Source: the human T2T-CHM13v2.0 reference genome, Homo sapiens. Taken from it: a stretch of 64,000 nt of DNA. Location of the stretch: the NCBI RefSeq assembly GCF_009914755.1, contig NC_060932.1. The stretch is one strand, 5' to 3'. Both the position numbers and the translations under genes were made by a program. Below the pieces are notes generated by a model. That model made no database searches and was not told where the DNA came from. It worked only from the letters and a program-made list of their open reading frames with translations. Shown here in pieces: positions 16,961-37,849 of this stretch (its first letter is position 1; every line of letters starts with the position of its first letter).

Positions 16961-17961
16961 GTCAAAGAACTTTGCTGGAAATGCATACAGGAAAGAAAGA
17001 AGGTATATCAGGAAATGTATGCAGAAAGAAGGAAGGCATGTCAGGAATGGCATGGTGCCAGGTATATAGGAGACGCACAGTAGAGACTAGCTGTTTTTAA
17101 AATTATAAAACATAAAAGTGATCAAAGCAGTGAAGCAGAAATAAATCCCGTGGGACACCTGAGATGAGACATTTTGGCAGAGAATTTGGCTTTAAGTTTC
17201 TTAGAAGCCACGACAGAAAAGGAAACAGGTCGGGTGACATCATTTTCTTATTCTAGTAAGAGAAAGTACACAGATTCAACTTTAGAGAGGACTTTTTTTT
17301 TTTTTTTTTTCTGGAGCTAAATCAAGGAAGGATTATCACGTGGCCTCCCTTGAATATAATTTTGAAGCTGTGAACAGTACCATCAGTAACATTTTATGGA
17401 CAGCTCTGATGGTTTTTATACCACGGCACTCTTCTTACCTTTGGTGGAAGCTATCTGGAGTTATGACTGATGTGTAAAGTGGTTTACTGTTAGAATCCTG
17501 GTGTGCTAGGATTCTGGGAGAGTCACTTTCAGGAAGTTACCTGGCGATGAGTCATCAGAAGAACCTGGAGAAGTGAGAGGACTGGAAAAGTTCTCATTGT
17601 TCTGAGCTCAGTTATTTTCTCTGTGCTACAGGGCAGAGGATCCCTTGGCATGAAATAAGAGCTAAGTGGTCCAACAGGCGTTGAAGTGTTAAAACAAGAA
17701 TAGAATAAGTCCTGTGCTAATCCTGACACAAGATAGCAGGCTCTGGGGATGATAATGCCTGCTGCTGATGGGCGGACCAGGGATTAGCAACCATCCAGGG
17801 AATATGCTTCAGATAAACTAAACAGGAGGTAGGATGATGCCATGGAAAAGGCATGGACTTTGAAGTCAGGTATATCAAGTTCAAATCCTAGGTCTGCTAG
17901 TTGCTAGTTTCACAAAGTACTTAATTTTCTGATCCTCAATGGGATATTAAGAGTTATCTTG

Positions 17962-18560
<599 letters not shown>

Positions 18561-18707
18561 GAGTTATCTCGTATTTCTTGGTTGTTTTGCCAATTAAAGT
18601 TAAGGTATATAAACAATAATAATAGTAATAATAATGAGTGCTAACAATGATTGAGACCTTAGTGCAGGCCCTCTGCTAAGTGTTTTAACTGCATTATCTC
18701 ATTTATT

Positions 18708-19007
18708 CTTTTTTTTTTTTTTTTTTGAGAGGAGTCTTGCTGTGTTGCCCAGGCTAGAGTACAGTGGTACGATCTCGGCTCACCACAACCTCTGTCTCCT
18801 GGGTTGAAGCGATTCTCCTGCCTCAGCCTTCGAAGTAGCAGGGATTTACAGGCATGCCACCACACCCAGCTAATTTTTGTATTTTTTAGTAGAGACGGGG
18901 TTTCACCATGTTGGCCAGGCTGGTCTCGAACTCCTGACCTCAGGTGATCTGCCTGCCTCGGCCTCCCAAAGTGCTGTGATTACAGGCGTGAGCCACTATG
19001 CCCAGCC
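18708..19007 (-). mobile_element. AluS SINE
   Basis: Dimeric antisense Alu; TSD catttattctt. Confidence 0.9.
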
Positions 19008-19124
19008 ACATTTATTCTTAATAGCAACTCTCTGTGGTACATACTACCTGGCAATTAGAAGATGCTCGGCAGATGGTATATATTAGTATCATTTGTTTAA
19101 AATTAATAAATAATAAAAATATTA

Positions 19125-20030
<906 letters not shown>

Positions 20031-20744
20031 ATTTAGAACAAGACCTCCAGGGGCTGCTACAGAACAGAAACTCAGCCGACCTCTGTGTTAGCAAGATCGC
20101 CCAGGGGTGACTTTTCAGACACGGAATCTGGTAGGAGTGGAAATCCCATCTGCCCCCTTGTTGAGACCCATGGACAAGGCCTGTGCTGGACAGTCCCAGC
20201 ATCCACATGGGCCGGGTTGAGGAGAGAAACAGGGCTGGGGCCAAGCCCATCTGGGGCCAGAACTTAGTGGAGCAGGCTGAGAAATCTGGGATCTCTGAGC
20301 TTTTTGTTTTTATGCTTTCGTATTTGTTTGCTTTTCCCTTTGTGTTTTAGCAAAAATTCTCTTTTAAAATTCTCATCTAAGCTAAATCAAGGAGGAGAAA
20401 TGATCGGTTCACATCTGGGCCAGGATAGAGTCCAAAGTTCTTCATTGTTCTTAAGCCATGCTGTGTCTGCCTGGCCCCTGTCACTTCCTTGTCAGGACTC
20501 CCCTCCTGATCGCTCCCTACCCCCGGCTCTACTCAGGCCGTGCAGCTCGCAGCACCCAGGAAGAAGTCTGTTACACCTTTCATGCTGTTTTATCCTCTGC
20601 GGGTCCCTCCGTTTCCCACCCCTCCACACCTTCCCAACCTGGCGGAATCCTCAGCCTTCAAGATTCTGCTGAAGTGCCACCTCCTCTTCCGGGAGGCCCT
20701 TCCTGGCTCTTTCTGCCCATCCTGGAAGAGATGACCACATCTGC

Positions 20745-21041
20745 TTTTTTTTTTTTTTTTGAGATGGAGTCTCACTGTGTTGCCCAGGCTGGAGTGCAGT
20801 GGCGGAATCTCAGCTCATTGCAACCTCCACCCCCGGGTTCAAGTGATTATCCTGCCTCAGCCTCTGGAGTAGCTGGGATTACAGGCGTGCACCACCACAC
20901 CCAGCTAATTTTCTGTATTTTTAGTAGAGACGGGTTTTGCCATGTTGGCCAGGCTGGTCTTGAACTCCTGACCTCAAGTGATCCGCTCGCTTCGGCCTCC
21001 CATAGTGCTGAGATTACAGGGGTGAGCCACTGCGCCCGGCT
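20745..21041 (-). mobile_element. AluS SINE
   Basis: Dimeric Alu; TSD acatctgctttttt. Confidence 0.9.
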
Positions 21042-21420
21042 GACATCTGCTTTTTTGCCACACTCTACCTCCTATCCTACCACCTGTCACTCTGCATGGG
21101 CGATGTCCACTGTCTGTGGATTCTTTCCTGTTAGCGATGACGTTGTAAACTTAGCACCCCACACGGCTCCTGGACCATGGTAACCTGGAGTGTGTGAAGG
21201 CTGTAAATGAGGATGAGTCCTCTGAAGGACCGGGAGGAATGAACTTTCTAGCTCAAGAACTAGAAATTCCTCAATAAAAGATGATGTTGATGAATGGAAA
21301 CTGAAGCAAGGAAGGCCTAGGGTGGCAACGTTCCTGCCTGGGCTTTTTTCTTTTCCTTTATGTGAAGGATATTGAATAATTCAGTAGGAAATACCCTTAA
21401 CTATAAAAGACAGAAAACAC

Positions 21421-21910
<490 letters not shown>

Positions 21911-22047
21911 TCAAACAGAATATTCATGTAATACCTCTCCAAGGACTTCCAGCACAAGGCTACATTGTAATTCAGAGAAGACATTTCAGGAGGGGCTGAG
22001 ACAATATTGTCCAACAACTTTGTTGATGATAAAATATAAGGATAGAA

Positions 22048-22542
<495 letters not shown>

Positions 22543-22890
22543 TCAAGTACAGATATCTCACATGAGCTCTTATCACCCTCAACGGAATCTTGTCACAGGA
22601 CAAGGAAGGATTGGGGCTGGAAGGATCTTACCTAATAGCCTCTTGGTATCTGCTCTCTCCAAGGGCAATATCTGCCCTTAAGAGAATTGTTGTCTGTAAC
22701 TTTGATCTCAACTGGGTGATTGCTGAGCTCTCAAGACCTTTATCTTACAAGCACAGTTTGAGTTGGTTTTTTCATGCTCTCACTCTAGCCTAGGAATCCT
22801 TTCGGCCACTTTGGGCCTGTTGTGAGTTCCTAGGGTGGCAGATCTCCATGAACTTGCCCGTTTACTCTGCGGAAAACTTAGTGTTATAGC

Positions 22891-23160
22891 AGGTTGGCGC
22901 GTGGTGGCTTACGCCTGTAACCCCAGCACTTTGGGAGGCTGAGACAGGTGGATCACCTGAGGTCAGGAATTCGAGACCAGCCTGGCCAACATGGTGAAAC
23001 CCTGTCTCTACTAAAAATACAAAAATTAGCTGGGCATGGTGGCATGTGCCTGTAATCCCGGCTTGAACCCAGGAGGCAGAGGTTGCAGTAAGCTGAGATC
23101 CCGCCATTGCACTCCAGCCTGGGCAACAGAGTGAGACTGTCTCAGAAAAAGAAAGAAAGA
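22891..23160 (+). mobile_element. AluS with internal deletion
   Basis: Alu body; TSD aaac(t/a)tagtgttata. Confidence 0.88.
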
Positions 23161-23462
23161 AGCGGGTGGAGGGGGTGGGGCGGGGAGAGGGAGGGAGCGG
23201 GGAAGGGAGGAAGGAAACATAGTGTTATATCAGCCAACCTAAAAGTTCCTCTTTCAGGTCATTAATGAAAAATATCCCAGTAATAACATTCCTTTATAAA
23301 AGAAACCTTTTATAAATCAGTTGTTTTATTGTAATCAAACTTCTAGATTCCATTCTTTCTGAACAGGTTCTGGTAAAATGGGAACGGTTTCTATTAATCA
23401 ACTGGACTCTCCTAGCTTAGTCGATTTTCTAGCCAGCTTTCTCTCTCTCCTGTTCTCCGCAG

Positions 23463-23593
23463 CAGATTTTCAAACACCGCATTCCCCTTAAACCTCCCAG
23501 GCTCCCATCACTCCCAGCAAAGAGCCAGCCCGCTACTTTATGGAGACAGGAGAGACTGTCAGACAGTTCCTGCTGCTGCCCAGGTGCATCTGA
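23463..23593 (+). other. Candidate cryptic or alternative 5'-UTR exon (131 nt) in an L2-rich region
   Basis: Polypyrimidine tract and CAGCAG acceptor (23438-23465); donor TGA|GTAAGT with GT at 23594. Confidence 0.25.
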
Positions 23594-23679
23594 GTAAGTT
23601 TTTCTCTCTTTCTATCCCATTCCAGCTGAAGAAGTATCACTCCTTTGATTAGGGCCAACCTTTAAATCTGTCGATTGAG

Positions 23680-23807
23680 TCAGTATGATAGTGGCCTGTG
23701 TCTATAATCCCAGCTACTCAGGAGGCTGAGGTGGGAGGATCACTTGAGCCCAGGAGTTTGAGACCAGACTAGGCAACATAGCAAGACCCCATGTCTGAAA
23801 AAAAAAA
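23680..23807 (+). mobile_element. FLAM/Alu monomer
   Basis: Alu monomer with A tail. Confidence 0.8.
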
Positions 23808-24329
23808 CAATCAGTGGATTGGCCTGTGCTCTAGGCCTTCTCCTTCCTCCCTTCTCTAGGATCTCTCTTATTGATGATCACCTCTCCTGCATCCTTCTCA
23901 GCCTTTGCACCTTGTCCCATCTCATCCATCAAAATCCGTCTTCCTCCAGCAACCCTCCTCTTCACAGCCCAGCTTCTTGGCTTAGAATTATTTCTATCCA
24001 GGGACCTCCTTCCTCCTCGGCTCCCCAGCTGCCTTCACTCTGGCTTCTATTCCCCTGGCTGCAATGAAACTATCCTTGCAAAAGTCACAACCAATTCCCT
24101 GCTGCTAAACCCAATGTATGTGTCCTAGTCCTTATCTAACTTATCTCCTGAAAGCATTTGGCTTTCCTGACGCACGTGTCTTTGAGAAATTCTCTTCTGC
24201 TGGCCCTGTCCTCTCCCACTTTCTTTCCTCCTTTTCCTCGTGCTATTTGTTCTTGGTCTTATCTTCCTGGATCCCTTCCTCCATGGCATTTCTGCCCTGG
24301 GCCCCCTACTCTCCCTGTACCCATCTTCT

Positions 24330-24780
24330 TGGAATTCTTTTGGTTCCAAGTGACAGAACCCAAACTCATGGTTTTGTTGGTAGTGGTGTTTTGCTTGGTT
24401 GGTTGTAACAGCCAAGCAAAGGGATAGTTGAGTTTATGGAGCTATTTATGGTTGCACAATTAACTCCATAAACTCAACCAACTAAAACACCACTACCAAC
24501 GAACCCTATGACAAAGGAAATGCATTATTTCATGCACCTGAAAATCCTGAGGTAGAGCTGTGATATCTGGCCCAGAGACATAAAGTAAGGTCGTCATGCT
24601 CAGCCTCCCTCTGCCTGTCTCTTGGTTTGTTTTCCTCTGTTCGCTCCACTCTCAGGCAGCCTCTTTCCAAGTGATGGCAAAATGCCTGCCAGCATCTCCA
24701 AGCTGAGACCCAGTCCTTTTACCCAGTCCTTTTAGCAAACACAAGACAATCTTCTACTCAATTTCTTAAGCTGGAAGTCT
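24330..24780. mobile_element. Old MLT1 (J/K/L-like) LTR fragment containing a fold-back insert
   Basis: ggaattcttttggttccaagtgacagaacccaaactca resembles MLT1K-type consensus and resumes at acaaaggaaatgcatt. Confidence 0.55.
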
Positions 24781-24787
24781 AGGATTC

Positions 24788-25394
<607 letters not shown>

Positions 25395-25979
25395 CAGGAA
25401 TCATTTTTGACTCCTCTTCCCCAACATCGGCTTAGTCACCAAGTCCAGTCCCGGGTTCTCAATCTCTCTGCGTCCCTGCTGCCAATAATCTAATTCAGGT
25501 CACTGTCCTTTGTCTCCATCCCTGTCCGACCTCCTGGGGGTTTCCTGCCTCAGGTTCTGCTGCTCTGCAGTCCGCTTTTCCCGTCACAGCTGGGACCATC
25601 TTTTGAAAATGTAAATCTGGTCCCATCCCTTCGATATACAAAGCACCCATTAGCAGGAAGCTGAAGCAAAACTCCGTGTTACGTTTTCTGAAAGGTGCTG
25701 CCTGCTGCGGCTCCTGCCTGCCCCTGCCTGCCTACCTCTTTATACTTCCCCTCTTGGTCCCTGCGGTTTGGCCTCTGATGCCAGTTGAGCCACTCCCTCC
25801 ACCTGGACGGTTCCTCTCCTGAGTCCCTCCTGACAGCTGCTTTTTGGGTTGCAAGTTAGACATAACTTCACCGAGGACAGCCTTTCATACTGAAGTATGT
25901 ATATACTCTTCCTGTTAGAACATTCTACTTTTTCCATCTTAGCACTTATCACCCTTTCTTGTAATTGCTTGTTAAATCA

Positions 25980-26306
<327 letters not shown>

Positions 26307-26539
26307 TCATGAGTGCAGATATTTGCTTTATTTTGTGAAATATCCCCAATATTACAAAGTATAACTCAATATGTATTTGTTGACTTGTACCATAAAATGA
26401 GATGCAATTGTATTAGTGGTTTTCCAATTCTCTTCTAGATTTTAGAATTTAGATTGATTCCATAAACTGGAAAAATCTAAAAATATAATATCTATTCTTT
26501 CTCTTTATTTATGTGCTTATGGTTCCCCCTTAACAAACG

Positions 26540-27083
<544 letters not shown>

Positions 27084-27639
27084 TAGTGTAGTATGATTTT
27101 TTTTTTCTATTAATACAAAGGAATCTTATTGCTTATAGCCTCACGTTTTACTTTTTAAAATGTACTTTTGGATCCTGTACATCTCAATAGATTTTCAGGA
27201 GGAAAATCACTCCCAGGTCTGTAGACGCCTGTGTATCCTCTAAGGTTCTGTGCTCCACGGGTCGGGTTAATACCTAACACATTGCTCACAAAGAGCCAGA
27301 TATTACACATTGTATTCAGTTCTCCTACAGTTTCACCTCAGAAGGATAATGACTGAGTAGATGCCATCTGGATTTGATGATCTGGGGAATGCTTATGTTA
27401 TGTAAAAGAAGTAACAGACTGGTTTAACTCTGTATTAACCGTTCCCTATTGCTTCTGTGAAGTTTACAGGACTCACTGTTAACTTCACAGGGGCAATGGA
27501 GCAGTCCATTATGAAACATGAGCTTGAAAGCTGTTTCTATAAGTTAAGGTTTGGAAAAGACCGAGCAAGAGTAACACTTGAAAAATAATTATTTTAGAAT
27601 TGGGTATGGATTAAAAAGCAAATATTGGGGAAAAGTATT

Positions 27640-28785
<1,146 letters not shown>

Positions 28786-29118
28786 AATGTTTTAAGGAAA
28801 CCAAAAGTGGAACCGATTGACCAATATATTATGAAACTCCAATGAATTGACCTATTCCAAAAGGAAATTCCTTGGCCACAGATTGCAAGTAAGTGTTCTT
28901 CAGGTGTTATTTTTTACTGTTAACTTTTTTTTTACCTTGAAATTTTATTTTAAAAATTGACATGCAGAAAATTGATTTTTGGGATATATAGTTATAGACA
29001 TTTTAATTTTAAATTTAGCATGTAGAAACTACTTTTAAAATGACTTTTATATAAATGTTGAGTAGATGCAAAAGAAAATGTGCAATACAGGTGTAGGGTA
29101 CAGAAATAATAACACGGT

Positions 29119-29420
29119 GGGCCAGGCGCGCTGGTTCACGCCTGTAATCCCAGCACTTTGGGAGACCGAGGCAGATGGATCACCTGAGGGCAGGAGTTGG
29201 AGACCATCCTGGCCAACATGGTGAAACCCCATCTCTACTAAAAAGACAAAAATTAGCCAGGTGTGGTGGTGGGTGCCTATAATTCCAGCTACTCAAGAGG
29301 CTGAGGCAGAAGAATCGCTTGAACCTGGGACGTGGAGGTTGCAGTGAGCCTAGATTGAGCCACTTCACTCCAGCCTGGGTGACAGAGCAAGACTCCATCT
29401 CAAAAAACAAAAAAAAGAAC
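29119..29420 (+). mobile_element. AluS SINE
   Basis: Dimeric Alu. Confidence 0.9.
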
Positions 29421-29538
29421 ACCACGGTGAATCCTGTGTACTCATCAACCATTTTAAGAACATAATGGCTTGTCTTAGAGGCCCCCATTGGCCCATTCTA
29501 CTCCCTTTGTTCCCCCTAAGAAGTAACCACCGTCCTGA

Positions 29539-29885
<347 letters not shown>

Positions 29886-29934
29886 TCTCCTGCTTTCTTT
29901 TATTACATGCATTTGTATTTCTTAACAATATAGG

Positions 29935-30231
29935 TTTTGTTTTTGTTTTATGATACAGGGTCTTGCCTTGTCACCCAAGCTGGAGTACAGTGTCACAATC
30001 ACAGCTCACTGTAGGTTCAACCTCTCCGGCTTAAGTGAACCTCCCCCCTGAGCCTCCTGAGTAGCTGGGACCACAGGTGAGCACCACCACGCCTAGCTAA
30101 TTTTTAAATTTTTGTAGAGATAGGGTCTCACTCTGTTGCCCAGGCTGGTCTCAAACTCCTGGGATAAAGTGGTCCTCTGCCTCGGCCTCCCAAAATGCTG
30201 GGATTATGGGCATGAGTCATTGTGCCCAGCC
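29935..30231 (-). mobile_element. AluJ SINE within an old antisense L1ME (about 28940-30560)
   Basis: Dimeric Alu; flanks show L1ME motifs (aagtaaccaccgtcctgaatttt, tgctgctatgaacatt). Confidence 0.85.
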
Positions 30232-30583
30232 TAAGCAATATGTTTTTAAAACATTTTTACAGTTTGATTTTTTTTTTTAGCTTGACTTTTAGATGAATGA
30301 AATTATACTATTTGCATACTTATGAGCCTTTTTTTTGCTCAATATTATGTTTTTGAGATTGATTCATTAAAGATGGATGTGATTCATTTATTTAGGGTAG
30401 TACTCTATTATATAAAGAGATCACAATTATCAGTTTCACTATTGGACATTTAGGACGTTTCAAGTTTTTCTTTTTTTCTTTTTTGCTAGTGAATCAGTGC
30501 TGCTATGAACATTACTCTGGGTGTATGCTTGGACATAGAATCTCTGGAGTACAGTCTCAACTGTTAATTCAAAATAAAATGTT

Positions 30584-30855
30584 TGGCCCAGTGCGGTGGC
30601 TCACACCTGTAATCCCAGCACTTTGGGAGGCCAAGACAAGAGGATCACTAGAGGCCAGGAGTTTGAGACCAGCCTGGTCAAGAGAGTGAGACCCCATCTC
30701 TACAGAAATTTTGAAAATTAGCCAGGCACAGTGGTTCACGCCTATAATCTCAGCACTTTGGAAGCTCGAGGTGGGAGGATTGCTTAAGCCCAGGAGTGCA
30801 AGGCTGCAGTGAGCTATGATGGACAGAGCAAGACCCTGTCTCTAAAAAATAAAAT
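30584..30855 (+). mobile_element. AluJ SINE
   Basis: Dimeric Alu with deletion. Confidence 0.88.
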
Positions 30856-31379
30856 TTAAAAGTAAATTAAAATGTTCAATGTATCTTTTCGTTATGATTC
30901 CTTGCTTCAACTGATTATTTCAGTTAATAGAACTACCTACTCTCCTACTGTATGTACGTGGGCTTGTTGTATGCTTCTGAATCTTTTCATTTATTATAAT
31001 TTTGCTTTTGAAATGAATTTTAAGCTTCTCAAGGACTAGTACTGGACCTATGGATTTCACATCTCTTAGATCTTACCATGGTGCCTGATGCAATGTTCTG
31101 TATACGCCTCTGGTGATGGAGTTTTATTTCCCTAGCTATTGGTCAGGCCAACTAGTCTTTCTCATTTTGGGTTAACATTATCATATTGTTTTCATCTTTT
31201 CTCCTCCTTTCTTTTCTTCTTAATTTGGGGGACATTGTTTCTTCTGAAAAGGGGAGTGAGAAAGGGAATAATAGAAGGAACTGCTCAACCAGTCTCTCCT
31301 GGGGGCCTGCACTGTATTTGTCATGGTACTTGACACTAAAAAAGAAACAAACATGAAATGAAAGACAAGTTTAAAATAT

Positions 31380-31800
31380 ATTTAAAACAGATGTTTGTGC
31401 TTTAATTTAAAAATTCCAAATGCAACCCTTTGACCCAGCAAGTCTACTTCTGGAAATCTATCTTATGGAAATAATTAAAACTCGTGCAAAAACATTTAGG
31501 TCTAACATGTTCATCTCAGCCTTGTTTATAATGGAGAATTAGAAACAAATTTTCAACCATGGGGATTTAACACATAAGTACAATGGAATTCCTCTGTTAA
31601 AAATAATATATATACTGACACAGATATTTATGATTTATTAATTGGAAAACCTGAGCTATAATGTACAGTGTCATCCTATTTTTGTAAAAGACAAATGTAC
31701 AACAACGACTAGGAGGATGGTCACGAAGAATGTATGCTGGTAATGAAATTAAATTTTTTTTGCTTATCTGTGTTTTAAACTTTTCTACAATAAACCTTTA
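31380..31800 (+). mobile_element. L1ME 3' fragment
   Basis: ctttgacccagcaagtctacttctggaaatctatc; ttttctacaataaac. Confidence 0.7.
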
Positions 31801-31861
31801 TTTTTTATTATAACCACTTGTAGTCTTACCATAAAATAAGCCTTTCTAAAGTTATTCTCTC

Positions 31862-32370
<509 letters not shown>

Positions 32371-32869
32371 TAATGTAATTATTTTATATAGTTCTTTTTC
32401 CTCAGAAGTAATCAATTACAAATAAATAACTGTTAATAGTTGAGGACTTGTGAAAAGGAACACATTTCTTTTACTTTCTTGCGTTGATAACACTTTTTCC
32501 ACAGCTGCAGTGGGTTCCGAATCCATAGCTATGTTAAGTTAGAGCCTTGTGAGAACAGGTGACTTGGATTTTGTTTATGGTTGACATACTAATTCTCTTT
32601 ATAACCTTGGCATATTTACTTTTCTGCTTTTTGTCCAGCAACTCTCTGTGAAATGTGGAGAATGCCTTTCTCATTACTACCCTAGCAGATGTATTAAAAG
32701 TCTCTGGGGACTCCCCTCCTGGAATGAGAAATGGTCCATCTTGGCCAGCCAGGGTAACCTTTCAGGTTACCTTGTAACTTCCAGTGTAACTGCTACGCAC
32801 ATTCACTAAATTGTTAAGTTAAATCTGAATCATTAGTTGTTCATTAATTCAACAGATATCTGAATATTG

Positions 32870-33780
<911 letters not shown>

Positions 33781-34589
33781 TACACGTTGGGAGTCTCGCT
33801 TTCAGCCTCTGTGTGAGGCTGTCATTTTTGCTGATGGTTCTTTTCTGACATTCTTGCCAACACTTTTTTCTAGGCAGCAGAAGCTGTCGGGGAAAGAAAT
33901 TTGAGTTTTCCTCTTTTATGTTAAAGTATTTAATTATCTCTGCAGGAAATGATCGGAGAAGGCATAAATGACAGCTCTGCTTAGAATGTTTCTTTGAATC
34001 AATCAGGAATTGCAGGTGACTCTCCTCAGTGTGTGGAAAAGAGGTCTCAATTAGAAGGAGAAGTCGGGGTGCAGCCTTGGGGGGCACTAGATGGGTTGGG
34101 GGTGGGGGCACTAGATGGGTTGGGGGTGGGTTGGGGGTGGGAGACGATCAGTGGAGGTCCTTTGATGCTGGTCATGCTACCTGGCTAGGGTGAAGAAATC
34201 CAAGAGTTGACGCCTCCTGTACACTGCACAGTGTTGTATGAATATTGGATAATGGATTGGTCCAGCACCTTTACTGTATTTATTCTTTACTGATTATTTC
34301 TCTGTTCTTTGCCTACTGGTTTCTTATGTCTTTCTGATGCTGAGTTTCCATACAGGTAGGAGTTTGTTTTGGGCCCCTTTGGTTGATTGGTCTGGTTATC
34401 TATTTCTGGGCTAATATTGTACAGTCTAAATACTATACTTTGTAATTTTGGATTTTTTTTCCTGGCCCTGAGTCTTTCGGAAAGATGTGATTCCTCAGCT
34501 CCTCCAGCTCCCCCATATCCCTCTTCCTCTGCCAGTCTGCAGTTGCCCAACCCTCTGGAATGTTCATGTCCTCCAGAGGTAATGTTGAA

Positions 34590-37110
<2,521 letters not shown>

Positions 37111-37114
37111 AGTA

Positions 37115-37374
37115 CAGGTTGAGTCTCCCTTATGTGAAAAGGGAGTGGGACCAGAAGTGTTTCAAATTTTCTTTTTCTCCTTCTTTTCACCGGTGTTGAA
37201 TGTTTCAGATCTTTGATTTTTTGGATTTTGGAATATTTGCACTGTTACCGGATTAAGCATCCCTAATCCCAAACTGCAAAATCCAGAATGCTGCAATGAG
37301 CATGTCCTTTGAGTGCCATGTCGTTGCTCAAAAGTTTCGGATTTTGGATTTTCAGATTTGGGATGCTCAATCTG
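37115..37374. mobile_element. Tigger4a/MER46-like TcMar DNA transposon
   Basis: Terminal inverted repeats CAGGTTGAG and CTCAATCTG with TA TSDs; gggaccagaagtgtttc motif. Confidence 0.85.
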
Positions 37375-37494
37375 TACCTTTAAAAACAGAATACATAATC
37401 CTGAGTATTTTCCTAGGCTTCATCTAGCCCACCATGCTGCTGTTTGCACTAGACCCTGTGACATTATCCTTCCTGATAAGCTTTCAGAACAGTT

Positions 37495-37791
<297 letters not shown>

Positions 37792-37849
37792 AGCAACAGT
37801 CTCTAATTCCTGTATTCATAGGTCATTTTGCACATATTACTTTTCTCTT

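Noticed and set aside
20150-20163. CTCF-like motif (CAACAAGGGGGCAG on -)
   Set aside because: Mismatch at a high-information position; not supportable without ChIP data
20458-21183. 241-aa ORF on the + strand
   Set aside because: Reads through an antisense Alu ([12 protein letters not shown]...); a typical Alu-derived spurious ORF
32751-32773. Small hairpin GGTAACCT/AGGTTACC, and a similar AT-rich one at 23293-23316
   Set aside because: Arms of 8-10 bp are near chance expectation in 64 kb; no supporting context
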